Shown: in pieces, positions 23,101 to 35,900 of the stretch
Layout of the letters: each line of letters begins with the position of its first letter
Numbering within the stretch: the stretch's first letter is position 1
DNA from: Tieghemostelium lacteum
Taxonomy: Eukaryota
Direction of reading: 5' to 3'
NCBI GenBank assembly: GCA_001606155.1
Contig: LODT01000042.1
Location: 207,758-271,757, forward strand
Length of the DNA: 64,000 nucleotides
The notes under the pieces: generated by a model
What the model saw: the letters and a program-made list of their open reading frames with translations, nothing else
The model's database searches: none
What the model was told of the DNA's origin: nothing
Made by a program: the position numbers and the translations under genes

Positions 23101-24642
23101 CTTTATTAAAGAATGGATAGACACTCACTGATGTCACTGGTGACGATGCAGTCTCCAATAGTCCTGATGTTGCTAGTTTAATAACACCATTCAATGCAAT
23201 TATAGATGGTTGTGTAAGTCTGGGTGAAAATAAACTACAACTATCACTAGTCAGTTCAGATATAAAATCCCATTTCCATCTATATTAAAGTACATTTTAA
23301 AAGATATTAATACATTGGTTTCTGATGTATAAAAGGGGATACATTACATTATGCCATCAGAGGTTATAGACAGTAGAGTTTGGTCAAAGAATGGATGGTT
23401 TATGATAGAGATGATGGGTTGACCTTTCTTTTTTGATTTCTTTTGGTAGTGTATTAGATCTGAGGAAGATAACTGATCGTAGTTGTGGGTATTGAATGAC
23501 TCTATTTTACGTATCCAAGAGGTTATAGAACTGTCTTCGTGGAGTGAAAACATTAAATTTGGGTTATCTTTACCAATGATAACATGTTGGAATGAAGGTT
23601 TGTTTCTGTCTAATTGAAGTGATCCAAAGAGTTGATTAGTAGTGCTATCAAATACATAGAGGTCTCTTAACATGACTAGGTATATGAGATTTTTGGAATT
23701 TGGTGAGATAATCATTTGAATGAATTCAGAAGAGGTTGATAAAGAGGTGTTTGGTTGTGTACCTTGACCACTTTGTAATTGTATACCTGAACTTTGAGAT
23801 AAACCTCCACCTCCCATTACTGACCCCTGTTGAGACTGTATCTGCTGTTGCAGTGATTGTACCTGCAACCATTGTGCAAGTGTCTGAGAATGGTCAGTGT
23901 TCAGTAGAGTATTCAGATTACCACCTTTACTAGGTAGAACCCTAAACTTGAATTCCAAATGAGGCAATTGTTGTGGTGTTTGTGCTATAGTAGGTATATC
24001 ATCCATCTGATATACACACCCAAACTGAGTGCAAATGTATAACTGGTTTGATTTGAATGGGTCAAATTGAAGTGATTTTGCAGGTGTGAATTCAGGGATA
24101 TCCTTTCTCCACAGTCTGGTGGAATTTGATACATTCAGACACTGAATACTGTTACCATACAAAACCAATAGTAGATTACTATCTTCCGTATGCCAACACA
24201 TATCCATAATCTGCAGATTCTGTTGATTCTGTATATACTGATACTGATCGTTTCTCTTCACACCAGTAGCATTCATATCACTATTGGTGAGATAGTTCAT
24301 TACCTGACCTTCCAAAACATTCCATATCAAAATGATACCATTTATATCTGCACTTGCTAATCTAATTATATTATTAACGCTACCACTACTATTACTATTA
24401 CTATTACTACTATCCAATGTAGATAGTATATTATTTGAAAGTACATCATTTGACCACTTTACAATAGAAACATTATATTTATGTTCACAAAGTGTCTGTA
24501 TTACATTTAAATGATTAGGATCTACAATCACAATATGTGAATTACTACCATAGGCTAATAAATTCTGCCAATGCCAATCAATTGCACTTTTGTTGTCTTT
24601 GGCATTCAATTTACCAGGGAATATTTTTGGTTGTAATTTCAT
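20111..24642 (-). CDS. WD-repeat protein 11 (WDR11/BRWD2)-like, large WD40 protein with Ser/Thr/Asn-rich linker; exons 23348..24642 and 20111..23279
   Basis: The N-terminus MKLQPKIFPGKLNAKDNKSAIDWHWQNLLAYGSNSHIVIVDPN matches the WDR11 N-terminus (KAAVDWGWQGLIAYGCHSLVVVID). ORF 23344..24642 joins ORF 20111..23194 through a 68-nt intron (GTAATG...AATATAG, phase 2) with continuous WD40-like sequence. Multiple WD-like blocks. Confidence 0.7.
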
Positions 24643-24733
24643 ATTTGCAGGTAAACATGTATTAAAAAAAAAATTGGATAATTAAAATTTTATTGATTTT
24701 CAACATTTTGATTAATTATTTTTTATCACATCA

Positions 24734-24830
24734 AAGTCAGTTCACATTGTGATGTAGAGCTCCTTTGGAGATTTGAGTTCTAATTTTGTCTCTACAGGTC
24801 AATTCCATTTTCTACTAAGGTACTGACTTG
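24734..24830 (+). ncRNA. Copy A of a conserved ~100-nt element; candidate box C/D snoRNA-like small RNA or short repeat
   Basis: About 90% identical to 29244..29347 over two blocks: cagttcaNattgtgatgtNgagctcctttggagNtttgagttct and caattccattttctactaaggtNctgact. The flanks are unrelated. It contains GUGAUGU (C-box-like) near the 5' end and CUGA (D box) at the 3' end. Termini are complementary (aagtcag / ctgactt). Confidence 0.35.
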
Positions 24831-25014
24831 TTTAGTGGTTAATCAGAAAAATTTCCATCTAATATCATTATAAGAAAGTGTCCCAAGCGATGCCAAAGAA
24901 ATCGGATGAAGAGAAGCAGTTAGAGATCATGTTGAGTTCACTTAAAGATTAAGTTCAACAACTTCAACAACAAATGGAGACTAAAGAAATAAAGAGTTTA
25001 TTGGTCAAATTCAA

Positions 25015-26049
25015 TTAGTAATAGCTACTTTTGTTTTGCAGGAGTTTTTCCTCGAGTTTTGGGTGGAGGACAAATAATAGTAGTAGTGGTGGTAAGAGAC
25101 CTAGTATTCCTTTTTTTTTTGGTCTTTCTTCTTCTTCTTCTTCATCTTGCTGCTCATCATCTTCTACTTCTTCATCACCTTCTTCATTAAGAACAGATTG
25201 AGATCTTTTTCTAGTTGGTTTTTCTGCCCTTCTGCCACTTGAATACCATTGGAATAAATATCGAAATAGGTGACTGGATCGGCAAAAAAATTTAAACTTA
25301 TCTTTATTTTCTGCAATCCAAATTCCTTCTTTGAAATTTGTAATTTGATCTGAACATCCAGGTGGTTCTACACCTAATAGATTCAAATACCCATCACACA
25401 CTCTCTCCCCCACTGATGTATCGTCCACTATATCTTCATTAACATACCCATTCATCATTCTATCTTTAAAACTATAATTATCAAATGTTTTTTTTAAACA
25501 TAAGTCTATATAATTAATTAACTGATTTGATTTTGTAGAGGTGAGATCAGCTTTTTTACATATCAACAGTTTATGGTGAGAACCAACATGCACCATCGGA
25601 ATTCTACTAGTTCCAGTCTTTTTGGTGCCACAAATCACGCACATTTTACCAGCTAGTTTATTAGTTATAGTAACAAGGTCATCTCGAAATGAACTCCTTA
25701 ATTCATCTATATTTGTATTACTAAAATGTAACTGACTGTTAATATTGTTAATACCATTACTACCTAGAGTGGATGGGTTAGTATGGGCACGAGTAATATT
25801 ATTTTGATTAAAAATATTAATGTTGCTAAATGTTTGGCTATATGAAGGGTTTGAGGGTTGTGGTATCTTTTTGAACTCTTTAGTTGAATTATTTGGGTGG
25901 TAGGTTCTACCATTACATTCTATGCATGTACAGAGCCTTGGAACTCTATGTTTATCGCTAAAATCGCAAACACAACTAAAAACATGGTATAAAAAAAGTA
26001 TACTTTCTATAGATTTATTACAAAGATTACATGTTATTGTTGAGTCCAT
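25015..26049 (-). CDS. Hypothetical Cys-rich (zinc-finger-like) protein with acidic C-terminal tract, single exon
   Basis: ATG at 26049. N-terminal CNLCN...H..C.C...C.C.ECNG plus a second C..C pair (MCVICGTKK...HVGSHH). Poly-Glu/Asp tract. Atypical codons (cga, ccg, ggc) and an A11 run inside the CDS make the 3' end uncertain. Confidence 0.45.
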   Translation of the reverse strand: MDSTITCNLCNKSIESILFLYHVFSCVCDFSDKHRVPRLCTCIECNGRTYHPNNSTKEFKKIPQPSNPSYSQTFSNINIFNQNNITRAHTNPSTLGSNGINNINSQLHFSNTNIDELRSSFRDDLVTITNKLAGKMCVICGTKKTGTSRIPMVHVGSHHKLLICKKADLTSTKSNQLINYIDLCLKKTFDNYSFKDRMMNGYVNEDIVDDTSVGERVCDGYLNLLGVEPPGCSDQITNFKEGIWIAENKDKFKFFCRSSHLFRYLFQWYSSGRRAEKPTRKRSQSVLNEEGDEEVEDDEQQDEEEEEERPKKKGILGLLPPLLLLFVLHPKLEEKLLQNKSSYY

Positions 26050-26188
26050 ATTAATACATTACGAAAGTAATAAATAAAGAATATTCTTTCGTGAAGATAA
26101 ACAACTAACAATGAAAAATAATGTGTAAATTAAATTAATTAAATTTTATAAAAAAAATTTTAAATTTAAAAATTATTTCTTTTCATTG

Positions 26189-29050
26189 ATGGAATTATCA
26201 TTGATTTGTGGATCTTGTGAAAGTGAAGAAGGGATTGAATTGTTTTGTGTTGAATGTCAATGTTATTATTGCATTGAATGTGATGAATACACACATATTG
26301 ATACAACAACCTCACATCCAAATGTAAGATCACATCAAAGACCATCTAAAACAGAATACACAAAAACTTCAAAGTTTCTAGACTTTAATATCACCCAATA
26401 CACTGATGATCAATTGAAAGAATTTGATAAAAGAAATAAACTTATACAGGTTGAAGAACAAATATATAAATACTCTATAGGAACAAAATCTTTTTGTCTT
26501 AAAGAAACAACAGAATATAATATTGTTTGGAAACCTGATAGTAATCAATTTGGGTTTGATGATTCAGAAACATTTATGATGGTTAGTTTTATTGGACCTT
26601 CTGGAAGTGGAAAATCAACTCTAATTGCTCCTTTATGCAACCAAAGAGATGATAATAGTCATTCATTTCCCATTCCAGGAAGCAAATCAAATTCAAACTC
26701 AACATCATCTGATTTGAATTTTTATCATGGTGAATTTAAAACATCAGATTTTAATGAATCATTCATTGATAAACCCAATAAATTCATTATCATTGATAGT
26801 GAAGGAATAGGTGGATCTGTGATTCCAAATCAAAATTATATTCATCAAAATATTACAAATGTATGTACATTTGAAAAACTATAACACTTTATAACAGATT
26901 ACTAATATTTTATTTTATTGATTTCTTAAATCATGATAAAATATAATCCATTGATTATTCATTAATTACTCTTAAAGATGGATAAATACAACCAAAAGAG
27001 AAAAGAAGCAATGATTGTATACCCAAAGTTTTTATATATATTCTCAGATGTATTGATTTTCACATTCAATGGTGAGAAACAAGTAAAAACTGTATTTGAT
27101 GATCTGATTGAATTCAGTAACATCTCATCATCAGTATTGAATCAACCAAAACAACCACATCTTGTGATTGTATTCAACAAATCATCATTGAACAAAGAAT
27201 TTGATGATTTTGAATTCTCAACACAACACTACACTGATAATCAATTGTCACAATTCAACCAATTGAAATCATTCTATCAATCAATAACCATCATTTCTAT
27301 TCCTAATGCGAATGAAGGTGGTAATAATCAATTTCTAAGATTTCAATCACAACAAGAAAAGCTATATCAACTCATCAAGAAAAAGATGATTGAATCACAT
27401 CAATTCATTTCTAGTAAACCAACAACTATCAACACTAAATTAATGAAATTGGTAATTGATGTACTCAATAACCAAGGTAACCCTTTGAATTTAAGTACTC
27501 TTAAAAAAGTCAACATGTTAGAAGAACTAAAACCTTTTGAAGTTTTAATTAATTTTGTATTAATTCAAACAGAGATTCACTGTAATAATGATAAAACATT
27601 ATCGAAATCTAAATCACAAGAAATGGCAATTGAAGATTTGAAAAATCGATTGTATGATATTTATCTCAACATATCAGAATTTGATATTGAAAAAGCATTT
27701 TCATTTAAAATGTTCACTAAACAACGATTGGTACAATTAATTAAAGATGAATTACCATGTAATGCAAATTATCCAAATCATCCTGATATCACATGTGATT
27801 TAAATTTCCCAAGCCATTATAATCACCAATCATTAAGATCTCATAAAGTATCTCTTAGATCAAATGGGTTATTTAATTATATATATACAAATTCATTCAT
27901 GAGAGATTTAAACACAAACTACAAATGGATTGGTAAATATAGAAATGGAATTGAATTACCAGACTTCTATCAACATCTTGAACAACAAATTCAAGATAAA
28001 TCACCAAAACCAATGATGAACCAAATCAATTATATTGAAATTGAACCATTTTCACTCATGATTTGTCTTGGATGTTTAATTGAAAAACCAATTCAACGAA
28101 ATTATCCATGCAATCATTTAGTTTGTCAAAATTGTAGAGATGAAACATCAGATCCCAATTACCAAGGAAAATGTAAAATTTGTCAACAACCCACCACAAT
28201 ATCTCCTGATCGTTTGGTTGATTTTCATCCACATATTGGTTACAGAGTTTTTTCACTGAATTCTTATTTACAATGGCATTACAAAATCAGTGATCAGGTT
28301 TACGATATTCCATTTATGTATCTGTTTGATATTATCGCAATAGAGGACGGTTTTTATCGTTATGCTTTCGACTTCATTACTGGTCAATTACGTAAAAACA
28401 ATGAATTATATAACCAAGTGTTAAATGTAAAGATACTAAATTTACAAGCAAAAAAATATCCCAACCATGCAAACAAGGAATGGGTACTAAACAAACCTTT
28501 CACACCCATTCCTAATGACCGATTTTTTTATCAACAAGCTATAAAACAATTATGGCCAAAGAAGGAATCTGATATTGTTGTAGATTGTGGTTTATTAAGT
28601 GATTCAAATTATAGATTTTATTTTAGCTTTCACCAATATTCAGAGAGTTTGAATATAATCAGTAGTAAATTACTTTCATCGCTATTCTATATGGATAATT
28701 TAACAATATTAAAAAACAACAAAAATGGAATACAATTGAATGGCAGTATTAAACATAGACTTCCACATCAACTACCTGAACAAATATTAAATCAGATTGA
28801 TAATACTTCATTCACTCTCACCAATTCGGATTTGGTGAATTACAATTCACTTAAAATCTCTCCCATGATAAAAGGAAGTAATTCAATTGAAATTCCATTT
28901 ACCATCACCATGCCACCAATTATTGGTACTAAGAATCAATATCCTGTAATTGATATTCTATGTAATATTAAATGTAAACATAACGAAACAAATAACACTT
29001 CAATTTCAGGTTGTCCATTGAATTTTCAATCATTTCTCAATAAACAATAA
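26189..29050 (+). CDS. B-box zinc finger + GBP/atlastin-like P-loop GTPase + C3HC4 RING finger protein (TRIM-like GTPase E3 ligase), copy 1; exons 26189..26860 and 26978..29050
   Basis: B-box: CGSCESEEGIELFCVECQCYYCIECDEYTHID...H. G1: FIGPSGSGKSTLIAPLC. G3: FIIIDSEGIGG, followed by a GBP-like ...EAMIVYPKFLYIFSDVLIFTFNG block. RING: CLGCLIEKPIQRNYPCNHLVCQNCRDE...GKCKICQ. A 117-nt phase-0 intron (GTATGT...CTTAAAG). The real ATG is at 26189; the ORF-track start at 26186 is TTG. Confidence 0.75.
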
Positions 29051-29243
29051 AAATAAATAACAATTCTAGAGATGTAAATTAAAAATTGGTATGTTGAATT
29101 CTAATTTTTTTTTTAAATTGAACATTTTGACTAGTTATGATAGAGATCACATTATAATTTAGTATTATCCTTAATCTGAATAACAATCCTATCCTTGTTA
29201 TCTGGTAATAAAAACCTGTTTCAAAGGCCTGCAACAATGGACT

Positions 29244-29347
29244 GTCCAGTTCAGATTGTGATGTGAGCTCCTTTGGAGTTTTGAGTTCTTTGTCTACATA
29301 ATGAATACTTAATATCCTCAATTCCATTTTCTACTAAGGTTCTGACT
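29244..29347 (+). ncRNA. Copy B of the conserved ~100-nt element (see 24734..24830), located at the junction between the two duplicated genes
   Basis: Same two conserved blocks as copy A, with a 17-nt insertion in the middle. GUGAUGU...CUGA arrangement. Same orientation as copy A. Confidence 0.35.
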
Positions 29348-29541
29348 GAAAATATTCTTCCTGTTACTCCTTCTTTTGAAAGAGTGTGGATGTTGTTTAT
29401 TCCATTGAACCTGACCCCTCAATTATCATCCGTTATTATACAATTCATCTCTGTATTAAGTTATTTTTACATGTTAAGAAAGTAATAAATAAAGAATTAA
29501 AAAAAAATTTTTTATGAATTTCAAATCTGTTCTTTTCATTG

Positions 29542-32383
29542 ATGGAATTATCATTGATTTGTGGATCTTGTGAAAGTGAAGAAGGGATTGAATTGTTTTG
29601 TGTTGAATGTCAATGTTATTATTGCATTGAATGTGATGAATATACACATATTGATATAACAACCTCAAATCCAAATGTAAGATCACATCAAAGACCATCT
29701 AAAACAGGATACACAAACACTTCAAAGTTTCTAGACTTTGATATCACCCAATACACTGATGATCAATTGAAAGAATTTGATAAAAGAAATAAACTTATAC
29801 AGGTTGAAGAACAAATATATAACGACTATTTTGAAGATTCACAAATAGATGCAGAATATAATATTGTTTGGAAACCTGATAAGAATCAATTTGGATTTGA
29901 TGATTCAGAAACATTTATGATGGTTAGTTTTATTGGACCTTCTGGAAGTGGAAAATCAACTCTAATTGCTCCTTTATGCCACCAAAGAAATGATAATAGT
30001 CATTCATTTCCTATTCCAGGAAGCAAATCAAATTCAAACTCAACCTCATCTGATTTGAATTTTTATCATGGTGAATTTAATGAATCAGATTTTAATGAAT
30101 CATTCATTGATAAACCCAATAAATTCATTATCATTGATAGTGAAGGAATAGGTGGATCTGTGATTCCAAATCAAAATTATATTCATCAAAATATTACAAA
30201 TGTATGTACATTTGAAAAACTATAACACTTTATAACAGATTACTAATATTTTATTTTATTGATTTCTTAAATCATGATAAAACAATCCATTGATTATTCA
30301 TTAATTACTCTTAAAGATGGATCAATACAACGAAAAGAGAAAAGAAGCAATGATTGTATACCCAAAGTTTTTATATATATTCTCAGATGTATTGATTTTC
30401 ACATTCAATGGTGAGAAACAAGTAAAAACTGTATTTGATGATCTGATTGAATTCAGTAACATCTCATCATCAGTATTGAATCAACCAAAACAACCACATC
30501 TTGTGATTGTATTCAACAAATCATCATTGAACAAAGAATTTGATGATTTTGAATTCTCAACACAACACTACACTGATAATCAATTATCTCAATTCAACCA
30601 ATTGAAATCATTCTATCAATCAATAACCATCATTTCTATTCCTAATGTGAATGAAAGAGGTAATAATCAATTTTTAAGATTTCAATCACAACAAGAAAAA
30701 CTATATCAACTCATCAAGAAAAAGATGATTGAATCTCACCAATTCATTTCTAGTAAACTAACAATTATCAACACTAAATTAATGAAAATGGTAATTGATG
30801 TACTCAATATCCCAGGAAAACCTTTGAATTTAAGTAATCTTAAAAAAGTCAACATGTTAGAAGAACCAGAACCTTTTGAAGTTTTGGTTAATTTTGTATT
30901 AATTCAAACAGAGATTCACTGTAATAATGATAAAACATTATCGAAATCTAAATCACAAGAAATGGCAATTGAAGATTTGAAAAATCGATTGTATGATATT
31001 TATCTCAACATATCAGAATTTGATATTGAAAAAGCATTTTCATTTAAAATGTTCACTAAACAACGATTGGTACAATTAATTCGAGATTATTTACCATGTA
31101 ATGAAATACATCCAGATCATCCTGATATCACATGTGATTTAATATTAAGCCATTTTATACACCGATCATTAAAATCACATAAAGTATCTCTTAGAGTAAA
31201 TGGATTTAAATATATTTCATTCGTTAGAGATGTAGATACACCCTACATCTGGCCTGGTCAATATAGAAATGGAATTGAATTAAAATTACCAGACTTCTAT
31301 CAACATCTTGAACAACAAATTCAAGATAAATCTCCAAAACCAATGATGAACCAAATCAATTATATTGAAATAGAACCATTTACACTTATGATTTGTCTTG
31401 GATGTTTAATTGAAAAACCAATTCAACGTAATTATCCATGCAATCATTTAGTTTGTCAAAATTGTAGAGATGAAAAAACAGACCTCAATTACCAAGGAAA
31501 ATGTAAAATTTGTCAACAACCCACCACAATATCTCCTGATCGTTTGGTTGATTTTCATCCACATATTGGTTACAGAGTTTTATCACTGTATTATTTAAAT
31601 TATTGGCAATACAAAATCAGTGAGCAGGTTTACGATATTCCACTTATGTATCTGTTTGATATTATCTTATTAAATGACGGTTCTTATTTTTATCCTAATA
31701 AGATCGAGAGAGACATTATTACTGGTGAATTACGTAAATACCATGAATTAAATCACGAAGTGTTAAATGTAAAGATACTAAAAATACAAGCAAACAAGGA
31801 ATGGGTACTAAACAAACCTTGCACACCCATTCCAAATGACATAGCTAAAACTATAAAAAAAATATGGCCAAAGAAGGAATCTGATATTGTTGTAGATTAT
31901 GGTTTAGATAGAGAAAAAAGTTATAGATATTATTGCATTAACAAGGATATTGATCTGAATATAATCAGTAGTAAATTACTTTCATCGCTATTCTATATAG
32001 ATAATTTAACAATATTAAAAAACAATAATGGAATACAATTGAATGGCAATATTAAACATAGACTTCCACATCAACTACCTGAACAAATATTAAATCAGAT
32101 TGATAATACTTCAGCCATTAATAATAAAAAAGAATTAAATAAGATTGGTAATACTTCATTCACTCTCGCCAAATCGGATTCACTTACACTCTCTCCCATG
32201 ATAAAAGGAATTAATTCAATTGAAATTCCATTTACCATCACCATACCACCAATAACTGATAATCAATATCCTGTAATTGATATTCTATGTAATATTAAAT
32301 GTAAACATAACAAAACAAATAACACTTCAATTTCAGGTTGTCCATTGAATTTTCAATCACTTATCAATAATAAAAATGAATAA
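29542..32383 (+). CDS. B-box + GBP-like GTPase + RING finger protein, copy 2 (paralog of 26189..29050); exons 29542..30201 and 30317..32383
   Basis: Same domain order and motif set as copy 1 (GPSGSGKSTLIAPLCHQR, IIIDSEGIGG, CLGCLIEKPIQRNYPCNHLVCQNCRDE). A 115-nt intron at the homologous position. Several indels and substitutions relative to copy 1, especially after the RING. Confidence 0.75.
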
Positions 32384-32935
32384 CAATTCAGAATTGGACT
32401 TTTAGGTTATCTTATTTTTTTTTTTTTTTGCATGAAATGAACAAAAATCATCCTTTGTTCAAAGATAATCTCTATTTTCAGTCTACCATTCAAATAATGC
32501 ATTTTCAATGGGACAATGTGGTTTTATAACTAAAATCTGATACAATTGTACAGATTAATAATTGCTTAAAATTAATATATGCTTTCTGTATCAATCTTAA
32601 ACTCTGCAGGTCACTGTTTTTTCAAACAAACCTACAGACCAGTGATCCGGCATGAAAGTTCCTCTCGTACTAAATCATGCTGCTATTAGGTTAGTCTTAA
32701 TTAGACTCCTATATTTAATTAACATATCTCAATCTGAATTTTTAATGGTTCTAATTTTGAAGTAAATATACCATATATTGTTACAAATAATATATAAAGT
32801 GATGATGTTTGAAGGGAATATCTGCTCAAAACAAAACTATTTTAATTTTATTTTTTGTAAATTTTTATCCTTTTTAGTTTTGATGTTCAAAAAACACAAT
32901 AATTTTATTAATAAATTTAATATAGTCAGTTAACA

Positions 32936-35900
32936 ATGTTTGAAAGATTAGTAGCTGATTTACTCACTAGGTATCTAGGCGAATATATAAAGACACTAAA
33001 TACTGAGAATTTAAAGATTGGTATATGGAGTGGTAGGTAGAATGACATTAGTCTGTATTCTAATTTTTTTATTGGGATTATTAATAAACTTGGTGTTGAA
33101 TAGGAAATGTATCTTTAGAGAACTTAGAATTAAAAAAGAGAGCATTGGAGAAGTTTAATTTACCATTTACTATAAAGGAAGGGTTTCTAGGTAAACTCTC
33201 ACTAAAGATACCATGGAATAATTTAAAGACTGAACCTGTTATAGTCATTGTAGAGAATCTTTATATTGTAGCTTCTCCTAAATCTGAAAATATTGTAAGA
33301 ATCACATTTAGAATACTTGATACTCATGTAGTGGAATTCATTCATATTAATATTAATCATATATTTAGTGGGATGAAGAAGATGAAGAAATACAATATAA
33401 AAAGAAATTAAAGAAATTAAAAGTATACGAGGCAATGAAAGAGGAGAGAAAGAAACAACAGAGAAGCAGCACAGGTAATTTAAAACCAATTTCTACTACA
33501 GGTACACCAAATATTACATCTACACCTGTTAGTCCAACTTCACCACCATTAGACGGTAGTAGTATAGGTCATTCACCACAAAATGAAGAAATTGAACAAG
33601 GTAGTAAGAATAGTGACACTTTATCATCTTCTTCTAAAAGTGGTCAATTAAATACTGAAGATATGCCAGACCTTGAAACTGAAGAAAACTACACAAACCA
33701 AGAGGATCAATCAGATCAAGAAGATGATTATGACGAAGATGAAGATGAAAGTTTAGTTAACAATTCAGGTGATATTAGTAATAACAATAACAATAATAAC
33801 AATAGTAGTAGTAATAATAATAACAGTGGTGAAGATGAACAATTTAAATATGAAAATATGGCATCAACATCATTTACAGACAGTTTGAGAAATAAGATTG
33901 TAGACAATCTACAGATTAAGATTTATAATGTACATATAAGATTTGAAGACAACACAACAATACCAGATAAACCTTTTAGTTTTGGTATGACTTTGGAGAG
34001 TGTATTGGCAGAGTCTACCAATGAACTTTGGGAACCTTCCTATATACATGCCAATCATTTACTAGTACATAAACTAGTAAGACTTCAGAATCTATCAGTG
34101 TATTGGGACACTGCTGAAAGTGACCCTATACTAAAATACAATTCAATCTCTGAATTCAAGTCTAAAATGAGTAATTTGATATACGGGGATTCATCACAAC
34201 ACAGTTATCTACTTCACCCTGTATGCGGATCGTTAAAGTTGCTCATTAACAAGTCGATAGTTCCCAATAAACTGATACCGGCCTACACTTTTAATTTTGA
34301 ATTTCAGGAGATTAATTGGGAGCTCGAGATGAAACAGTATCATGGAATCATTGCATTGGCTGACAGAATATCACTTTTGAAAAAGGGTGAGAGATATAGA
34401 CGGTTGAAACCTAAAGATGGGTTAAAGGATATAAAAGCAAAATGGAGATTTGCAATAGACTGTGTAATATATGATATAAATGAAAAGCGTTCTAAATGGG
34501 TTCCTTCGTATTTCCTCAACAGAAGAAGGGATAGATTGGATTATATACACTTGTACAAGCTCACAAAGAGAAAGAAACCTTTGAATGAGCAACAAAAGAG
34601 CAGATATTCAAATATTGAAAAATCATATAGTTTTGAAGATTTGATATATTTCAGGTCATTGGCAGATGCACAGTTGAAGGGTGAAGATAGGCTGCATATA
34701 ACTCCGAGCGCGTTGTCTCCTAAGAATTCGGGAACCGGTGGTGGCGGATGGTTTAGTTGGCTGAGTTGGGGTGGAGGTGGTCCACAGCACAGCAAGGAAG
34801 ACAAACAGAAAGAGGAACAGGAGCAGCAACAAGACCTTTTAAAGATCTTGGATCTCAGTGACGAACAAACTAGAGAACTTTACAAGACTATTGAATATGA
34901 TGAACATCAAACCACATCGAATATCATCTATCCTAAAGACTATGTAAAGACTAGAATGAACTTTCAGATGCAGAGAGGGTCTGTGTCTTTCCGTCTGAAA
35001 GAGAACAACAAGCAAAATGCAGATTTGGTTATAGAATTGGTTCAAATGTCGATTAAATTGGATAAGTTTATAAAATCAATGTATATACAATCGATTTTGC
35101 AAAGTATATCAGTGAGGGACTATTTCACTGAAGGTACTGTTTATCCATACCTAATGAAACCAGTGGGAGTTGAACAACAACAAGAGGTTGGAGATGATGT
35201 ACAGCCACTCTTTGAAATGATTCTTCAACAGAATCCATTGGATTCCGATGCAAGCTACTCAGTGTTTATTGATGCTTTGCCTCTGGAAATTGTATATAAT
35301 AAAGGTTTGATGGATAGTATGTTACATTTCTTTGGAAATGCACCATCAGATACGCTGAAAGAGATTGAAGAAGCTGCTAGAAACCAAATTAAGATTTTCA
35401 AGGACAAGACAACTCTGAGAATTCAATATGAATTACAGAATCATAAAACTGTAGATTTGGATATAAATATCAAAGCTCCCCAGATTCTGATACCAGAGTC
35501 ATTGTCTAAACCTGCACCTATATTGGTACTAGATTTAGGTTCATTCTCGTTATTGTCAGTGCCAAATGACGAAGATGACGATGATTTGCAGAACCAGGAA
35601 CTTGATCTAAAGTCCAATATATTTTTTAATCAACAACAACAACAAACAAAAGAACAGACACAGCCTTCTAGCCCTTCATTAAGTGGGATCAGAAGTTCAT
35701 CAGGTATCACAGATGGTGATAACAATATGATGGCCAACAAATATTTTTATGATAGTTTTGAACTTCAATTGAAGAATATTCAGTTGTTTATCATTACCAA
35801 TGATAACTCTGATTCTCTACCTCTGATTACCAAGTTTGATATCAATTTCAAAATTTACAAATGTATTATTAAATCACAAACTCTACTGTCAAAGTTAAAG

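Larger units (their letters stand above)
26055..32400 (+). repeat. Tandem segmental duplication (two ~3.3-3.4 kb units, about 26055..29470 and 29470..32400), each carrying one B-box/GTPase/RING gene with promoter and intron
   Basis: ORF pairs 26186..26884 + 26978..29050 and 29539..30225 + 30317..32383 are colinear and roughly 85-90% identical by eye. The upstream promoter segments (agtaataaataaagaat...tcttttcattgATGGAATTATC) and intron positions are conserved. Similarity ends shortly after the stop codons. Confidence 0.85.

Noticed and set aside
32560-32720. Less AT-rich stretch (aaacctacagaccagtgatccggcatgaaagttcctctcgtactaaatcatgctgctattaggttagtc) that looked like a possible snRNA or tRNA
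   Set aside because: It has no tRNA A/B boxes and no match to remembered U1/U2/U4/U5/U6 conserved segments. It is probably VPS13 promoter or UTR sequence.
33145-33411. ORF 33145..33411 as an independent small gene
   Set aside because: It is exon 2 of VPS13 and encodes the conserved LPFTIKEGFLGKLSLKIPW chorein segment. It is joined by phase-consistent GTAGGT/AATAG and GTAAGA/TTTAG introns.
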